A stretch of 62,319 bases of DNA, counting the filler, from Basidioascus undulatus (taxonomy: Eukaryota), in assembly GCA_000826855.1 (NCBI GenBank). It is 3 parts of 3 records of this genome, joined end to end, with 100 filler letters (N's around TTAATTAATTAA, not from the genome) between each part and the next. Parts side by side here need not be neighbours in the genome. Positions count along the whole stretch, not along the records: positions 1 to 20,892 come from JTLS01001098.1; positions 20,993 to 51,531 come from JTLS01000110.1; 1 more part is not named here. One strand, given 5' to 3'. This document shows positions 14,346 to 25,940 of the stretch, piece after piece (positions within the stretch are counted from its first letter, which is position 1; every line of letters begins with the position of its first letter). The notes beneath the pieces are model-generated. The model was not told where the DNA came from, did no database searches, and saw nothing but the letters and a program-made list of their open reading frames with translations. Both the position numbers and the translations under genes were made by a program.

Positions 14346-16098
14346 ATGGATACTAGAACGAGCGCATACACACTGCCCGATACGGTCACGTCTCCAGAGC
14401 TGCAGGCGTCGCCGCAGGCGGAGACAAGCGCTTGCGAGCAGCCCCCTTCGCCCGGCACGGTAGCCGCACAGAAACGTAAGAGGAACGCGGATGCCCAGGT
14501 AGGGAGCTTTTCCTACTCAAGCTACAGGAGTGGGAACCTGAAGTAAGGCGGGCGTTATCGCTATCGCAGGCAGCTTTCCGAGCGCGGCGCGCGACCTACA
14601 TTCAGGAGCTCGAAACGACCGGTACGTGTGATTCGAAGCACCGCACAACGAATACACTCAAATTCCACTTCCAGCAGTGAACGACCTGGAGACTGTCGTT
14701 CATGAGCTGCAGCTCGCTTGTCGTAACGCCAATGACGAGCTCACCGAGGCTAGGAGGGAGAAGGTCCGTACAGTCGCTAACTGGCTCAAAGACTGTCAAG
14801 ACTGAATTTCGCTGTCATTACAGAAAGCTTTGAAAGCCGAGATCGCGAGGCTGCAGGCGCGCGAGCAGGAGCGCGACTGGATCTGGCGGCGGGTCTGGGA
14901 AATGTGAGCGTTGCTACTGGTTGACTGTTCAGCTCTCCCACTGCTATCGACAGTCACTGACTTTTCTGATGCTCTATATCACTACAGGAAAGAGCGCGTT
15001 CCGAACGGCCCCCCGCCAGTCCCTCCGCCCCTACCGGCGTCCACTTCCACATCCTCCGCTCGCCCTGCCTCGAAGCCCGCACACTCACATCGTCCGACAA
15101 GAACGTACGACCCTCTCTCTTCCAACCCCTTCCCGACGGCAACACCCGCGTTCCAGCTAGCCATGGAGCAGGCGCAGCGGCCGTCCTCGTCTGGCCCGTC
15201 CCGCAGCGCGCCGGAGCCCGAGCCTTTCAGCGCGCAATGGGACCGCGCAGAAAGCAGCGACGGCGGGGACGGGGGGAGCGGGGGAAGCAACTCGGGCGAC
15301 AGTCGAGCCGATCGCATGGGCTCGACAGGCGCTGCGTCGCCCGACCGCTCGAAGACAGGCGACGACGCCGAGCACTCTCCGCCTCACTTTTCCTCGTCTG
15401 TATCGCCTCAGCACGAGCAGGCCGGGCTGCCGCTGCCCCATACCAGCCATTTCGCGTCCGATTCGCTCCAGAAGTCCCTTCACCTTCCTCCCCCCACACA
15501 TACCGTTTCCGCCGCTCCTTTCCCGACATCCACCCTCTTCGCGTCTTCCACCACCTCTCCATCCTCAGCTTCGAGCCCCCTTCCACCGGGTTCTTCGGCG
15601 CTGCCGCCCCTCGCCTCGCCCCGCTTCGGGGGCGGGGGCCCGACCACCCGCAATGGCGCCCGCGCCGAGCTCGACTGGGATACCAACATCAGTCTCGCTG
15701 CGCTCATGGAGCTGAGCACGGCCGGCTGCTCCACGCCGTCGGCATCCACTTTCCCGAGCGCTCCGCCTGATCTAGCCTCTGCCGGATCGTCCACATCGCT
15801 CTCGCCATCGCTCTCGCCGCCTGCGGACTGGAATAGCGGTGGGGCCGGTGCGGAACGAAGGGGAGGCAGCAGCAGCAGCAGCACGAAGCGTCGGCGCAGC
15901 GGCTCGCCTGAGGACGCCTCGCGGTCTCGCCAACATCGCGCTCCCCATCAAGCCCCCCTGCCGCGGTCTTCCTACGAGCACCCTATCTCGGGCACGCTCG
16001 CTCGCATACAGGCCGCTGCGTTCGGTGCGCCGCGCCGGAGCAACGCGCCGCGCCCGCAGCGGGGCAGGTCGGAGTCGGTCGGGGAGATGATGGACTAA
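14346..16098 (+). CDS. bZIP transcription factor
   Basis: Basic region QKRKRNADAQ-AAFRARRATYIQELE joined across an intron, then a leucine zipper (VNDLETVVHELQ..LKAEIARLQ) and a long Ser/Pro-rich last exon ending at TAA 16098. Confidence 0.82.
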
Positions 16099-16700
16099 TT
16101 GAAGTGTAGATTACTGTTTTTCGGGCATCCTGTTGGGGATTGTCTGTTTTTCTTTTCGATCCTCGAGGCATTGTTGTATTGGCGTCTTCTGTGTCGCAGT
16201 GTTCCTTTCCTCTTTGCATGTCTTCTTCCTTCTTGTACTTTGAACATACACTTTTCGCTTCCTGTTCAAGCCTGTTATTTTGTTCTGCATGGACATTTTA
16301 TTCATGGGGGTGACCAAGCTGAGGGGCGTCTTTCCGCCAGGCAGCTGAAGTGCGCTTTCAAACTTTGGGCGTGGATCACAGCCAGCTGGAATGAGACTGC
16401 CGGGTGCTCCCTCTTTCTTTATCTGGAAATGAACATCTCTTTACACGGATGAACGAGGGGAAAAATTTTAGATAATTTGCGTTGATAAATGTTCTCCGGT
16501 GAAAGCAAATGCTGCCTCCAAGCGGGACAGGTCGTCCCTGGCTCAATCGGCGGTTGTGAATTCGCCGCAAAGTCGCCTTTCGGTGTTGGACTTGTCGCCG
16601 GCGACTCTCGCGCTTGCTCGCGCGGCACAACTCCACCGCTGATTGCGCCCGGCCATCTCCTTCGTTTATCGCACTCGCTCTCACAACACTCTGGCACACG

Positions 16701-19700
16701 ATGCCGCCGAGACGATCACTCCGCACTCGCACGCCGTCAGCGACCGCTGGAGCTGCTGCCGCCGACGCCATCGCTGCGGCCACGAACGGCGACACTCCGC
16801 GCGGTCGGAAGCTGAATCAGGCGAGCCCGCCGGGCGACGCGCCTGACGCGGGCGGCGGCGAGGCAGCGGCTGGAGAGCAGACGGAGGCTGGGCAGAATAG
16901 GCCAAAGAGGAGGGGGAGGGCTAAGAAGACGTATTGCGTGTGCGGCGGAGTGGACGACAAGACGCCGTGAGTGACATCTTTCCCTCGAACGGCGCGGCAG
17001 TGCGGGGGCAGCAGTATCACCCCCGGGGGACTGTAAGTGATGTTGAGTGCTTTCTTTCCAACCAGAATGATCAAATGCGAGGGGGGCTGTACGGAACAAT
17101 GGTGAGTCCAATTTCGCAGTGATCTCCGCAGGGCGGTCGCCTGGATGCCGTCACCTTGTCCGCAACTTCGCCCGTCGCCCTTGCTGACGGCCCTACCCTC
17201 GCCTCCCCTTCAATTTGGCTTAGGTTTCATTTTCGGTTCGTTGCATTTCCATAGAGAAGAGAACTTCGTCAAAGTTGGCATGATCCAGCGTATTGACCGC
17301 TGGACACCCCATGCAGGTGCATCGGCCTGACCGAGGAAGTCGCGGAGCGCATCGGTCAGTCCTTTCATACCTCGAGCAGCCCGGTGCTCGAAAATTGACC
17401 TTCAGATTATGTTTCAACCAGCTTCCTACTACTGCGCAAACTGCGAGAAGCGACTAGGGGTATCCACAACGAGTGAGTCACTTACTTCGCTTGTGACCGA
17501 GGCGGCATGTCTCGCTGGGCCTTTCGAAGGGGGATGTTCGTTCTCCTTCATTCGCAATGTAATTTTCGTTGCGATCACTTCCGCCTGAGACGACTCAAGC
17601 TCATCCTCGCTACCCGACAACTTCGCTCGTCGCCCTCGCCCCCGCTCCGTCCACCCTGGGCGGAGCGGTCCACCGCACGGCTGCCGGCTCGCCGCCGTCA
17701 TTTCGCGCTCAACTGCCTGCCATGTCGCACATTGGTCACGCTGTGCCTCAGGGCTTTCGGAGAGGCATGAGAGATGGCGGGAGGGCGGGGTGGGGATTCA
17801 GCCGGACGTGCATGCAGTTGAGCCGTAACGACTCGACTCTGTGCACGCTCTGGTCTGTGTGAGGGTGCTGCTGGACGATGGGGATGAGAGACAATTCGAG
17901 CGCGATATAGCCTCGCAAAATGCAACCCGCTCGAGAAGGGCCGAAGCGTGCGGACAGCCGGCCTGAAGGGCAGGGTCACTCCAGGACGTCTAGAGGGCAG
18001 GAGGGCTCGCGGCGGTCTGCATCGCTTTCTCACAGACACGATGTGGATGATGCTCAACGATGGGAGTTACTGACAACTCCACCCGTCTCTCGCAGTGAAG
18101 AACGAGAGCGAGGCCTCGACCAGCGCATCGTCCGCACCGCCCCCGCCGCCTGCAGCGCCTTCGCCGCCCGCCGAGCCTCAGGAACCGATGGAAGTCGACC
18201 CCGCCGCCGCCCCTTCGGAGCCGCTCGTTATCGAGCAGCCTGACCCTCTCCCTCCACCCGCTGTCGAGTCCGCCGCGGTCGAGCCTTCTACTCCTGCTGA
18301 ACCCGCTCCCGAGCCCTCCGTCTTCCCTTCCTCAACATCCGAAACGTCTGCGCCGGGCGCTGCCGACGAGTCCTCTGTCATGGAGACGTCCGCGTCGCCC
18401 AAGAAGGGTTCTGCGAGCCCCGCGAAGGGCAAGGCGAAGGCGAAGCCTGCTGCGCCTGCGACCAAGAAGCGGCGAACGTCCGACGCCAACGGCGAGGCGG
18501 AGGCACCCGAGCCGAAGAAGCAGCGCAAGCCGAGCTTTACGAAGAAGCGCAGGACGCCCGAGGAGGACGAGGACGAGCCAGTACCGATTAAGGATGAGCG
18601 GAGGAGGGGCAAGTTCATCAAGGACTCGGACAGGACTCCCGAGAAGAGCCCAGTGAAGGCTCCGAGGCAGGTGCGTAGGTTCCTTTCGGAAGTAGGTGGA
18701 ATGAGTGATGGGTAGGCAGATGCTGATATGATAGGAGGCGATACAGGCAAGCGACTTCTTCGTCACCCCTACCGCGACGTCTAAGTCGAGCGAGCGCCGC
18801 ACGTCCGGTCCAACGCCAGTGAAGACTGTCGTGCGTCGGGTCTCGGCCTCAGGCGGCGGCGGGGCTTCGAGCGCCCCGTCCGACTCGAAGGCGAGCTCGA
18901 GCAAGGACCGCGCAGCTGCGAGCGCCGTGCCCGACGATGGCGGGGCGCGCCTTCGCAACGTGTCGAGGGAGAAGCTCTCGGAGGCACTCGTGCCCATCTT
19001 TGTGGAGGCGTACACGCCGAAGGAGGACATCGTGTTGGGTGCGGACGGGGAGGAGGAAAGGAAGGCGCGGACTCCTAGCGCGTCTGCGAAGGAAGGCCCA
19101 ATCGAGATCGACGAGGACGAACCGGTCGAGAAGCAGGAGGCGGAGAACAAGCGCTCAGTGCCTATGGTCATCACCGACGAGCCCACACTGCCCGTTCCCG
19201 CACTACCGCCCGCGGCCGCATCCGAGCCGGCGCCTATTGCCCCACTCGAGGCCACACCGCTGCCACTCCATCCGGAGGGCGACGAAGCCCTCTTCGCGCC
19301 ATCCGCCACACCCGGCGCGAAGCCGGCCGTCGAGCCCGCCGCGCCTCCTTTCCCCGCGCGGCCTGCGCCGAGCCACGCCCCGCCCGGAGCTGATGCGCCG
19401 AGCGCGTCCGAGGTTCTCTCCACGCCGCTCGAGGCCGTCAAGACCCTCCCCTCCGCTGTCGGCAAGAGCGCGCTCGCGGACGGCGTCCCGCCCGAGACCC
19501 CGACGGCCGAGGGCGCGCCGCCTGCGCCCGTCCACGCGCAAGACCTCGTCCCGCCGACGGCGCCGGGCATCCTGCCTCCTTCCCCTACGAAGGCGACCTT
19601 TTCCGAGAACACGCCAAAGCAGGAACCGCAGGCGGCGGCTCCTCCAGCACCGCCAGCATCCGACCTTCCGCCCAGCACGAGCACCGCTGTCGCGCCGGCT

Positions 19701-20892
19701 GCGCCGTCGAAGAAGGAGGGACCGCAGCCGACCAAGAGGGAGGCGGAGATCAGGGTTGAGGCGGACGCGTATGCTGTCAGGCTGGAGCAGGCGCTTTTCG
19801 ACGCCCTGCATGAGATCAGCAAGAAGGACCAGCAGCCGACAGTGGGCCCGAAGTACCGGTACGTTACATCCACTCCGCGCTTCGACCACCCCTCCAACGC
19901 AGATAAGCTGATCTGGCCGGTGTACATAGGGAGAAGGTCCGCTCGCTCCTCTCGATACTCAAGTCAAAGACAAACCAGTACCTCTGGGACGGCATCGCGT
20001 CGGGCACGATCGAGCCAGTGCAGCTCGCGACGGCCCACCCGGAGGAGCTCGTGAGCGACAAGCGCCGCCAGCAGCTCGACGCCATCCGCAAGGCGTCGCT
20101 GACCAACTCGATCCGTCAAGTCGAGACGGGCCCGCGCCGCAAGTTCACGCACAAGGGCGAGATCGAGGTCGAGATGTACTCGCCGACCGGTACGTTTCGT
20201 TGCAGTTCTTCACTCACAGACGCGCGTGAGGCTCATTGTACTGTGTTCGAATAGGCGACGAACGCGGTGAAGAGCGCAAGGAATACCCGCTCGACCGCGG
20301 TCCCAGCTTCTCCCCCGAGACGGAAGCGTCCACGCCGTTTGCGGGCTCGCCGTTCCGGCGCGAGTCCTCGTCGATGCTCCCCGAGTCGCCTCAGCCGATG
20401 CACGGCTCGCCGCCGCCCACGCACGGCTCGCCCGCCATCTACTCGCCCGCCCTCGAGCCTGTGCAGGACGACGCGACGATTCGCGACCAGGCCGATGCGC
20501 TCCTGCACGACCACGCCGGTGGGAACGAGGAAACACACGAAGGCGCAGACGCGTTCGACCTCGGCCCCGGCTTCACGGTCGAGTCCATGTCGACCGCGCC
20601 GGGCCATGCCTTCTCTCCTCCGCTACCCTCCACGACCACCTCGGCCGCGCCGGCGCACTCCACTGCGTCCTTCGATCTGCGCGCCGTCTTCGGAGCTTCG
20701 GAGCACCCGCCTCGGACGGATGAGCGCGTCGAGTCGCCCCCGCCTGCGGGCATCCACGACTCCGCGAATGGCTTTGACGTTGGGACGTTCAAACTCGACG
20801 AGTTCGACATGTCCGCGTTTGACGCGGACCGCGGGTTCGGAGGAGAGTTCGACATGGGCTCGCCCTTCGACGGCGGGACGCTGCCGGAGGAG
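16701..20892 (+). CDS. BYE1: Bye1/DIDO-like PHD finger plus TFIIS central-domain protein, 3' end in assembly gap
   Basis: The PHD finger is assembled from small exons (YCVCGG..MIKCEGGCTEQW-FHFR-CIGL..YYCANCE). After a low-complexity linker comes a TFIIS-M domain (KYREKVRSLLSILKSKTNQYL..PEELVS) and the Bye1-typical KFTHKGEIEVE. Confidence 0.82.
17500..17896 (+). ncRNA. Candidate large intronic box H/ACA snoRNA-like structured RNA
   Basis: It lies in the 623-nt intron 17473-18095. A 5' multi-hairpin domain is followed by an ANANNA box (AGACGA, 17588-17593). A long 3' hairpin is closed by CTCATCC 17600-17606 / GGATGAG 17882-17888 and followed by ACA at 17891-17893. Pocket strands GCTAC/GATGG are complementary to LSU rRNA CCAUC-U-A-GUAGC. 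Confidence 0.55.
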
Positions 20893-20992
20893 NNNNNNNN
20901 NNNNNNNNNNNNNNNNNNNNNNNNNNNNNNNNNNNNTTAATTAATTAANNNNNNNNNNNNNNNNNNNNNNNNNNNNNNNNNNNNNNNNNNNN
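20893..20992. other. Assembly gap with artificial TTAATTAATTAA linker
   Basis: N-run, TTAATTAATTAA, N-run. The true gap must be larger because it has to hold the BYE1 3' end and the NMNAT 5' end. Confidence 0.95.
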
Positions 20993-21067
20993 TCGCACGA
21001 CTCCGTGTTCAACCACTCTTCCTCCACCTTCGCGATCGGCTGACACCCTCCTCCCGCCGCGCGCAGC

Positions 21068-21934
21068 TCCGACGCGTACCGCAAGTCGGGCCTCGCACCC
21101 GCGCAGCACCGCGTGCGGATGTGCGAGCTCGCGGTCGAGCGCACGTCCGACTGGCTCATGGTCGATCCCTGGGAGGCGTCTCAGAAGGAGTACACGCGCA
21201 CCGCGCTCGTGCTCGACCACTTTGAGCGCGAGATCAACGGCGGCGAGGAGGGCGGGATCGAGCTCGCTGATGGTCAGTGGCTCTGCGCAGCTCCAGTGGT
21301 AAATGAGGGAGAAGCTGATGGCGTACTTGTGGGATGCAGGATCACGGAGAAAAGTCAAGATTATGCTCCTTGCTGGCGGAGACCTGATAGAGTCCTTCGG
21401 AGAGCCGGGTGTATGGGCCGAGGCAGACGTGCGTCTTCTCCCTTCTCCCAGCGCAGAGCTCTGAGCCGCCTCTCCTTTCGTGACCAAATCCCTGACATTC
21501 TCTGCGCCTTGACAGCTGCAACACATCCTCGGCAAGTTCGGGTGCCTCATCGTCGAGCGCACAGGCTCAGACGTCTGGGCGTTCCTGCTCTCGCACGACA
21601 TCCTCTACAAGCACAGGTGTGTCCTCCTCCAACTCCTCTCTCTCACCCCGGTCTGAGGGGCATTAGTTGACGCTATGGGGAGGACGTACAGACACAACGT
21701 AATCGTCGTCAAGCAGCTCATTTACAACGACATCTCGTCGACGAAAGTCCGGCTCTTCGTCCGACGGGGGATGAGCATTAAGTGCGTTTCCCTCCTTGCC
21801 CTCGCTTCTCGCTTTTGCTTGAAATTCTCGCTTGCTGACTAGCGCCCGTCCGCGCGCCGCACAGATACCTCCTGCCTACCGGCGTAATCGACTACATCAA
21901 CGCGCACAAGCTGTACGCGGGCCCCGATCGATGA
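21068..21934 (+). CDS. NMA1: Nicotinamide/nicotinate mononucleotide adenylyltransferase, 5' part missing
   Basis: SDAYRKSGLAPAQHRVRMCELAVERTSDWLMVDPWEA..RTALVLDHF, KIMLLAGGDLIESFGEPGVWA, FGCLIVERTGSD, QLIYNDISSTKVRLFVRRGMSIK-YLLP; TGA at 21932-21934. Confidence 0.93.
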
Positions 21935-22789
21935 GGGGTTTTTTTTTGCGCAACTAGAGCAGACCAGACCCGTAGATGATTCATCGACCGCGCTCGCTTT
22001 CTCTTGACCTTGATGCCCGGTCTCGACATTGCCTTGCCCTTCACAGCCGCCTGGACGGCGCGCTCCTGCCCCCCCTTGTACACCTCTCTGTACATCCCGC
22101 ATCCGATCAACCAGCCCGGACCTTGATCGCTACCCACCCCGTTCCTTCTTGCTCTCTTTTTACTCCATACCCCTCCTCGGATACTCCCACCCCCTTCTCC
22201 TGCGCCAGTGCCATGCCCCGAGACCTTCTCCTGCCACAATGTCTGTATCCCTTACTTTCCCTTCCCCGCCCTTTCTTTTCCCCCTTTCCTTTTTTCCCCC
22301 TCTATTCCCGAACTGCATGTAAGAGTACCGACCCGTCCGCGCTGCGCTGCTACATGGAGATGCCTAGATGCCTCGTCGTCGGCTCGCTTGCATTAAAGCG
22401 CATCTGGTCTCTCGTATCATCTTCTCCTTGTATAACTTACGTTTTCCTGGAATATTCACGAGAAGGCCGGGGGTTTACCTCGGAAATGGGGATCCTTACA
22501 TTTCGCGAAATGGTCAAAATGAGAGCTGAGAGCGCCCGAGCGGTGAGCGATCAGTCGATCAGCCACTTGTGCGATTTGGACGACAACCACCACCACTATC
22601 GCCTTCAGCATTGGTGACGGCACCAATCGCGGCCGGAGGGAGAGGTCCCGGTTTGAAGCCACGCAGATCGCGCTCGTGTGTCGGGCCTAGCGGGTGAGTG
22701 TCTTCTGTGAGCGCAGGTGCAGCTAGCGGTGCTTCAGAGGCTCAAGGTCCGGACTCGATCGAAGCCTTCGATGATCTGCTGCTCGTCCT

Positions 22790-23542
22790 TGACCTCGATG
22801 GGCGCCATCCTTTGCGCCACACCAAGGAGATCAACGTATCTGCTGGTACGAGGAGGATGACATGGACTACCCAATCCTCGACAACGTCGATCGAAGCTGC
22901 CTCCCGCCCATTCTCTCCTTCAGGCGCGCGCTCGAAGCCGCCCATTCTGGGATGTCGTCGGATCTACGGCTCTTCACGCTCTCGCGACCAACGCGCTCAC
23001 TCTCACACTCCTCACCGTCACGGCGACGAGCGCATGCCCTCAACCCTCAACCCTTTGGGTCTTTCCGTCCAGCTGGAGGAACTGGTGCTTCGTCTGGACG
23101 ACGAGGGTTGGAAATCGTCCTTGTTCGGCCCCAAGCCGTTCGCCCTGCCGAGCTTGCAGAACATCAAGATCATTGCTGCGATTGGCGCACGACACCTCGA
23201 GGTCATTGGGCTTTTGGCGCTGTGCAGCTTCCCTTCTCTCAAGAACGTCTCGTTCAAGAAGTGTCTTCCGCTTGCTGCTCTCGCCCTTCTGAGACGCACG
23301 GATATCGCCTCCGCGGCATCTCGCTTTCGGTTCATCTTGATGAGGGGGAAATCTTACCCGACGTTGTCGCACTCTGCCTGGCCTCAAATACATTCAGTTT
23401 CACCTCTATGAATCGGGAGAAATCGGCGCAGCTATCCGAGCCATACTTGCACGGGTCACCCTCCATGCAGGTGTCGCTTACGAACCACTTCGAGTTGCGC
23501 TCGAATGCCTGGCAAACAACTGCTCGCATGTGGCTTCTCTGA
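22790..23542 (+). pseudogene. Degenerate LRR/F-box-associated-like gene fragment
   Basis: Leu-rich repeat-like segments (QLEELVLRL, LPSLQNIKI, FPSLKNVSF) are spread over overlapping frames with no coherent gene model. Confidence 0.3.
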
Positions 23543-24706
23543 AGCATGTCGTCTTTCGATATTCCGCACGCTGGGCCTCACCGGAAGCCCGGAGAGGTAT
23601 TTTGCGGCTTGCCGCCGAACTCGCCGGGAAGGGAATCAAAGTGGATCACTAGGCCTCAATAGAAACAAGTTCATTCGACATGGCTTTGCGATTGCATGTT
23701 TCTTAGTAGCCGGAAGAGGAAGGCGCAGTTCCCTGAATGAGAATACGAGCCGGCACTCGGGCCTCTCCTCACCCCCCTTTCGCTTGGAAGACCAGCAGTA
23801 GATCCAGTCTTGAAAAGTAATACATAACAGTGCAAATAATACACAATGCCAGCGGATTAAAAAAAAACTGACGGCTTGTAGATGGTCTGGTCAGCCTCCA
23901 GGACAGATGACCACAAACCGTAGGTAGGATGTTTATCCGATCCGATATAAGCCAGATCTGCCAAATTGCGTGTCGTTGCGTCTGCCGCATTGAGCCTCCC
24001 TCTGTCCAATCCCGAAGTGCAGAGAATAGGATGGCCATTGGTGGTCAACAAAAAGGCTTATTTACCCTGTGGGTCGCAGGGAACGACAGGACTCCCTCGC
24101 GCAACCGACAAAGATCTGAATTCTTGGTACTTGTGCCATACATATGAGGAGTGCATTAGGCTTTTGTATCAGCATAGATCCCTGTACAACAAATTCGAGG
24201 GGCGCGTGCCTATCCTACTGTAGGCGGCCTTGATCTCAACGACAGGGAACATCGCTGCAGCGCCCTTGCATTTGACAATCGTGGGCTGTCTCAGCTGAGC
24301 ACTATTAGATTACTATAGGGCGTCCTCCTGAGCACCTTATCCTTAGGAGAGCTGGGGAAGAGTCTGAGGGTGAGCTGTAGCTGCAGATGCGACAGGCCTA
24401 CAGGACCAAGCTGACACACCATGTGCAGGACTCCCGTACGAAGGTAAAATTAAGACAAGGTCAATGGAGACCACGACTGTTACCACTCGGAAAATGCATT
24501 TGAAGCGTACAGGACATGATGGCTGGACAGGCTGACTTGTTCGACGTGATTGCCACTTAGGTCTCCAGTTGTCCTGGCGACGGATTGCGTATCAACTGCC
24601 CTATTCCAAAGGTAGACTTTTATCACTCTTGACAATGGGTTTGCATGTGATGAAAATCTAAGTGGAATCTGAATCGCGCAAGTCCGACCTTCCAGCCTCC
24701 TGAAGT

Positions 24707-25940
24707 TCACTCCGAGCTTTCTGTTTCCCAGTCGCTCTCCACAGCTTCCGAGGCTTCCTCCTTCAACGCTTCGTACTCCTCGTCCGAAAGCCGCACCAAG
24801 CCCAAGGTGTCCCCGAAATTAACGTCGAGCTCGAGGAATTTGTCGGCCAAGGCGCCCACGCTGCTCAGCTGGAAGGGAACCTTCGCCAGGAACTCCTTCC
24901 GGCCGGGAAAGTGCGAGCGCGGCGGGGCGAGAATAATGCGACGAAGAGTAGACAGACCGTCCTCGGTCACCGCGGCAAGCAGATCCTGAAGAACGCGATC
25001 GCCGGCGACATCGAGAGCCAGCTGTTCGAGTTCCGGGTGATGCGCAAGACTGAGGCGGACAGCGCATGCGAGGTCCTTCTCGTAACGCTTCCCGACCGTC
25101 TCCTCAAAGCCAGGCCATACCAACGTGAAGGATACGATGTCTGGGCAAGCCTCTTCGAGATGGCGTGGGGGCAGACTCGAGGATCGATCCCGAGATGACT
25201 GAATGGGCGGAGAAAGTCGACAAGCTTCTCGCTGAGAGCGTCTTGCTCGTCCCTCTTCCCGAATGAACGGTCTTCATACAGGACCTCGAAGGTGAGCACA
25301 AGGGAGTGCAACGTCGGCAGCCGGAATCGCGAGAGGGTTGCGACCACTTTGTGGATGTGATCCGACTCGTCGGAGTCTGCGTCGGGTTTCACCGTCCCTG
25401 TGAAAGAGTGCAGGGTTGCGCAAGACAACGGAGGGTTGCGCTGCGAACGAAAGATGATCAGGAGCCTGGTGTGAAGTCGAACGTAGGCATATTCAGCGAC
25501 AGCCAGTCTAGCTGCGGACAGACTTCGATAAAGCGCAGCAGCGTGTCAAGATGCTCGAGCGAATCATCCACCCGAAGGGAACGAAGTATCTGCGAGTGTC
25601 CTTCCGAAGTACCTTGAACAGACGCCCCGTGTCATATCCAACACACTGTGGCGCTGCACGTTGGCCGATCGAAGCGGGCTGATAGAGCAGAGGAGGCGCT
25701 CGAGCATGTCCTGCACATCGTCGTCGCCGTGGTAGATGTCGTCGTCGTTGTCGTCGTTGCTGAAGAACCGTACCAGAAAAGGTCTAATCTCTAGGTGACG
25801 GGCGGACTCGGCCAGGTCCTTTCCGGACGCCGTCCCGGAGGTCAGGCTGTGGACGCTGCGCAACTTGTCGTAGTCGGTCACCCGGAGGCTGCGCCAGAGG
25901 ACAGGGAGGGCCATGTCCTGTAGAGGGAACAACCCGCAAG
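24707..25940 (-). pseudogene. F-box/RNI-like protein pseudogene
   Basis: LQDMALPVLWRSLRV..ARHLEI, then LRSLRVDDSLEHLDTLLRFIEVCPQLDWLSL, LPTLHSLVLTF, HPELEQLAL and TLRRIIL fall in different frames. They are separated by frameshifts and an in-frame TGA that I could not explain by introns. Confidence 0.55.

Noticed and set aside
17521..17582. 5' pocket CTTT/CTTCC matching 18S GGAAG-U-A-AAAG
   Set aside because: The spacing to the H box is only 10 nt rather than about 14-16, and the match is short, so it is probably chance.
17473..18095. Intronic RNA as telomerase RNA, RNase P/MRP, SRP, U1, snR30/U17, TPP riboswitch or HDV/hammerhead ribozyme
   Set aside because: There is no TAACCCTAA-type template, no RNase P/MRP CR-I/CR-V pair, no snR30 m1/m2 motifs and no TPP core. 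Only isolated partial motifs (TGTAAT, CTGAGA, TCCTCGC, ACTTAC) appear, without the required context.
20937..20948. TTAATTAATTAA palindrome, repeated at 51576-51587
   Set aside because: It is centred in N-runs both times, so it is a scaffolding linker with stops in all frames and not biological.
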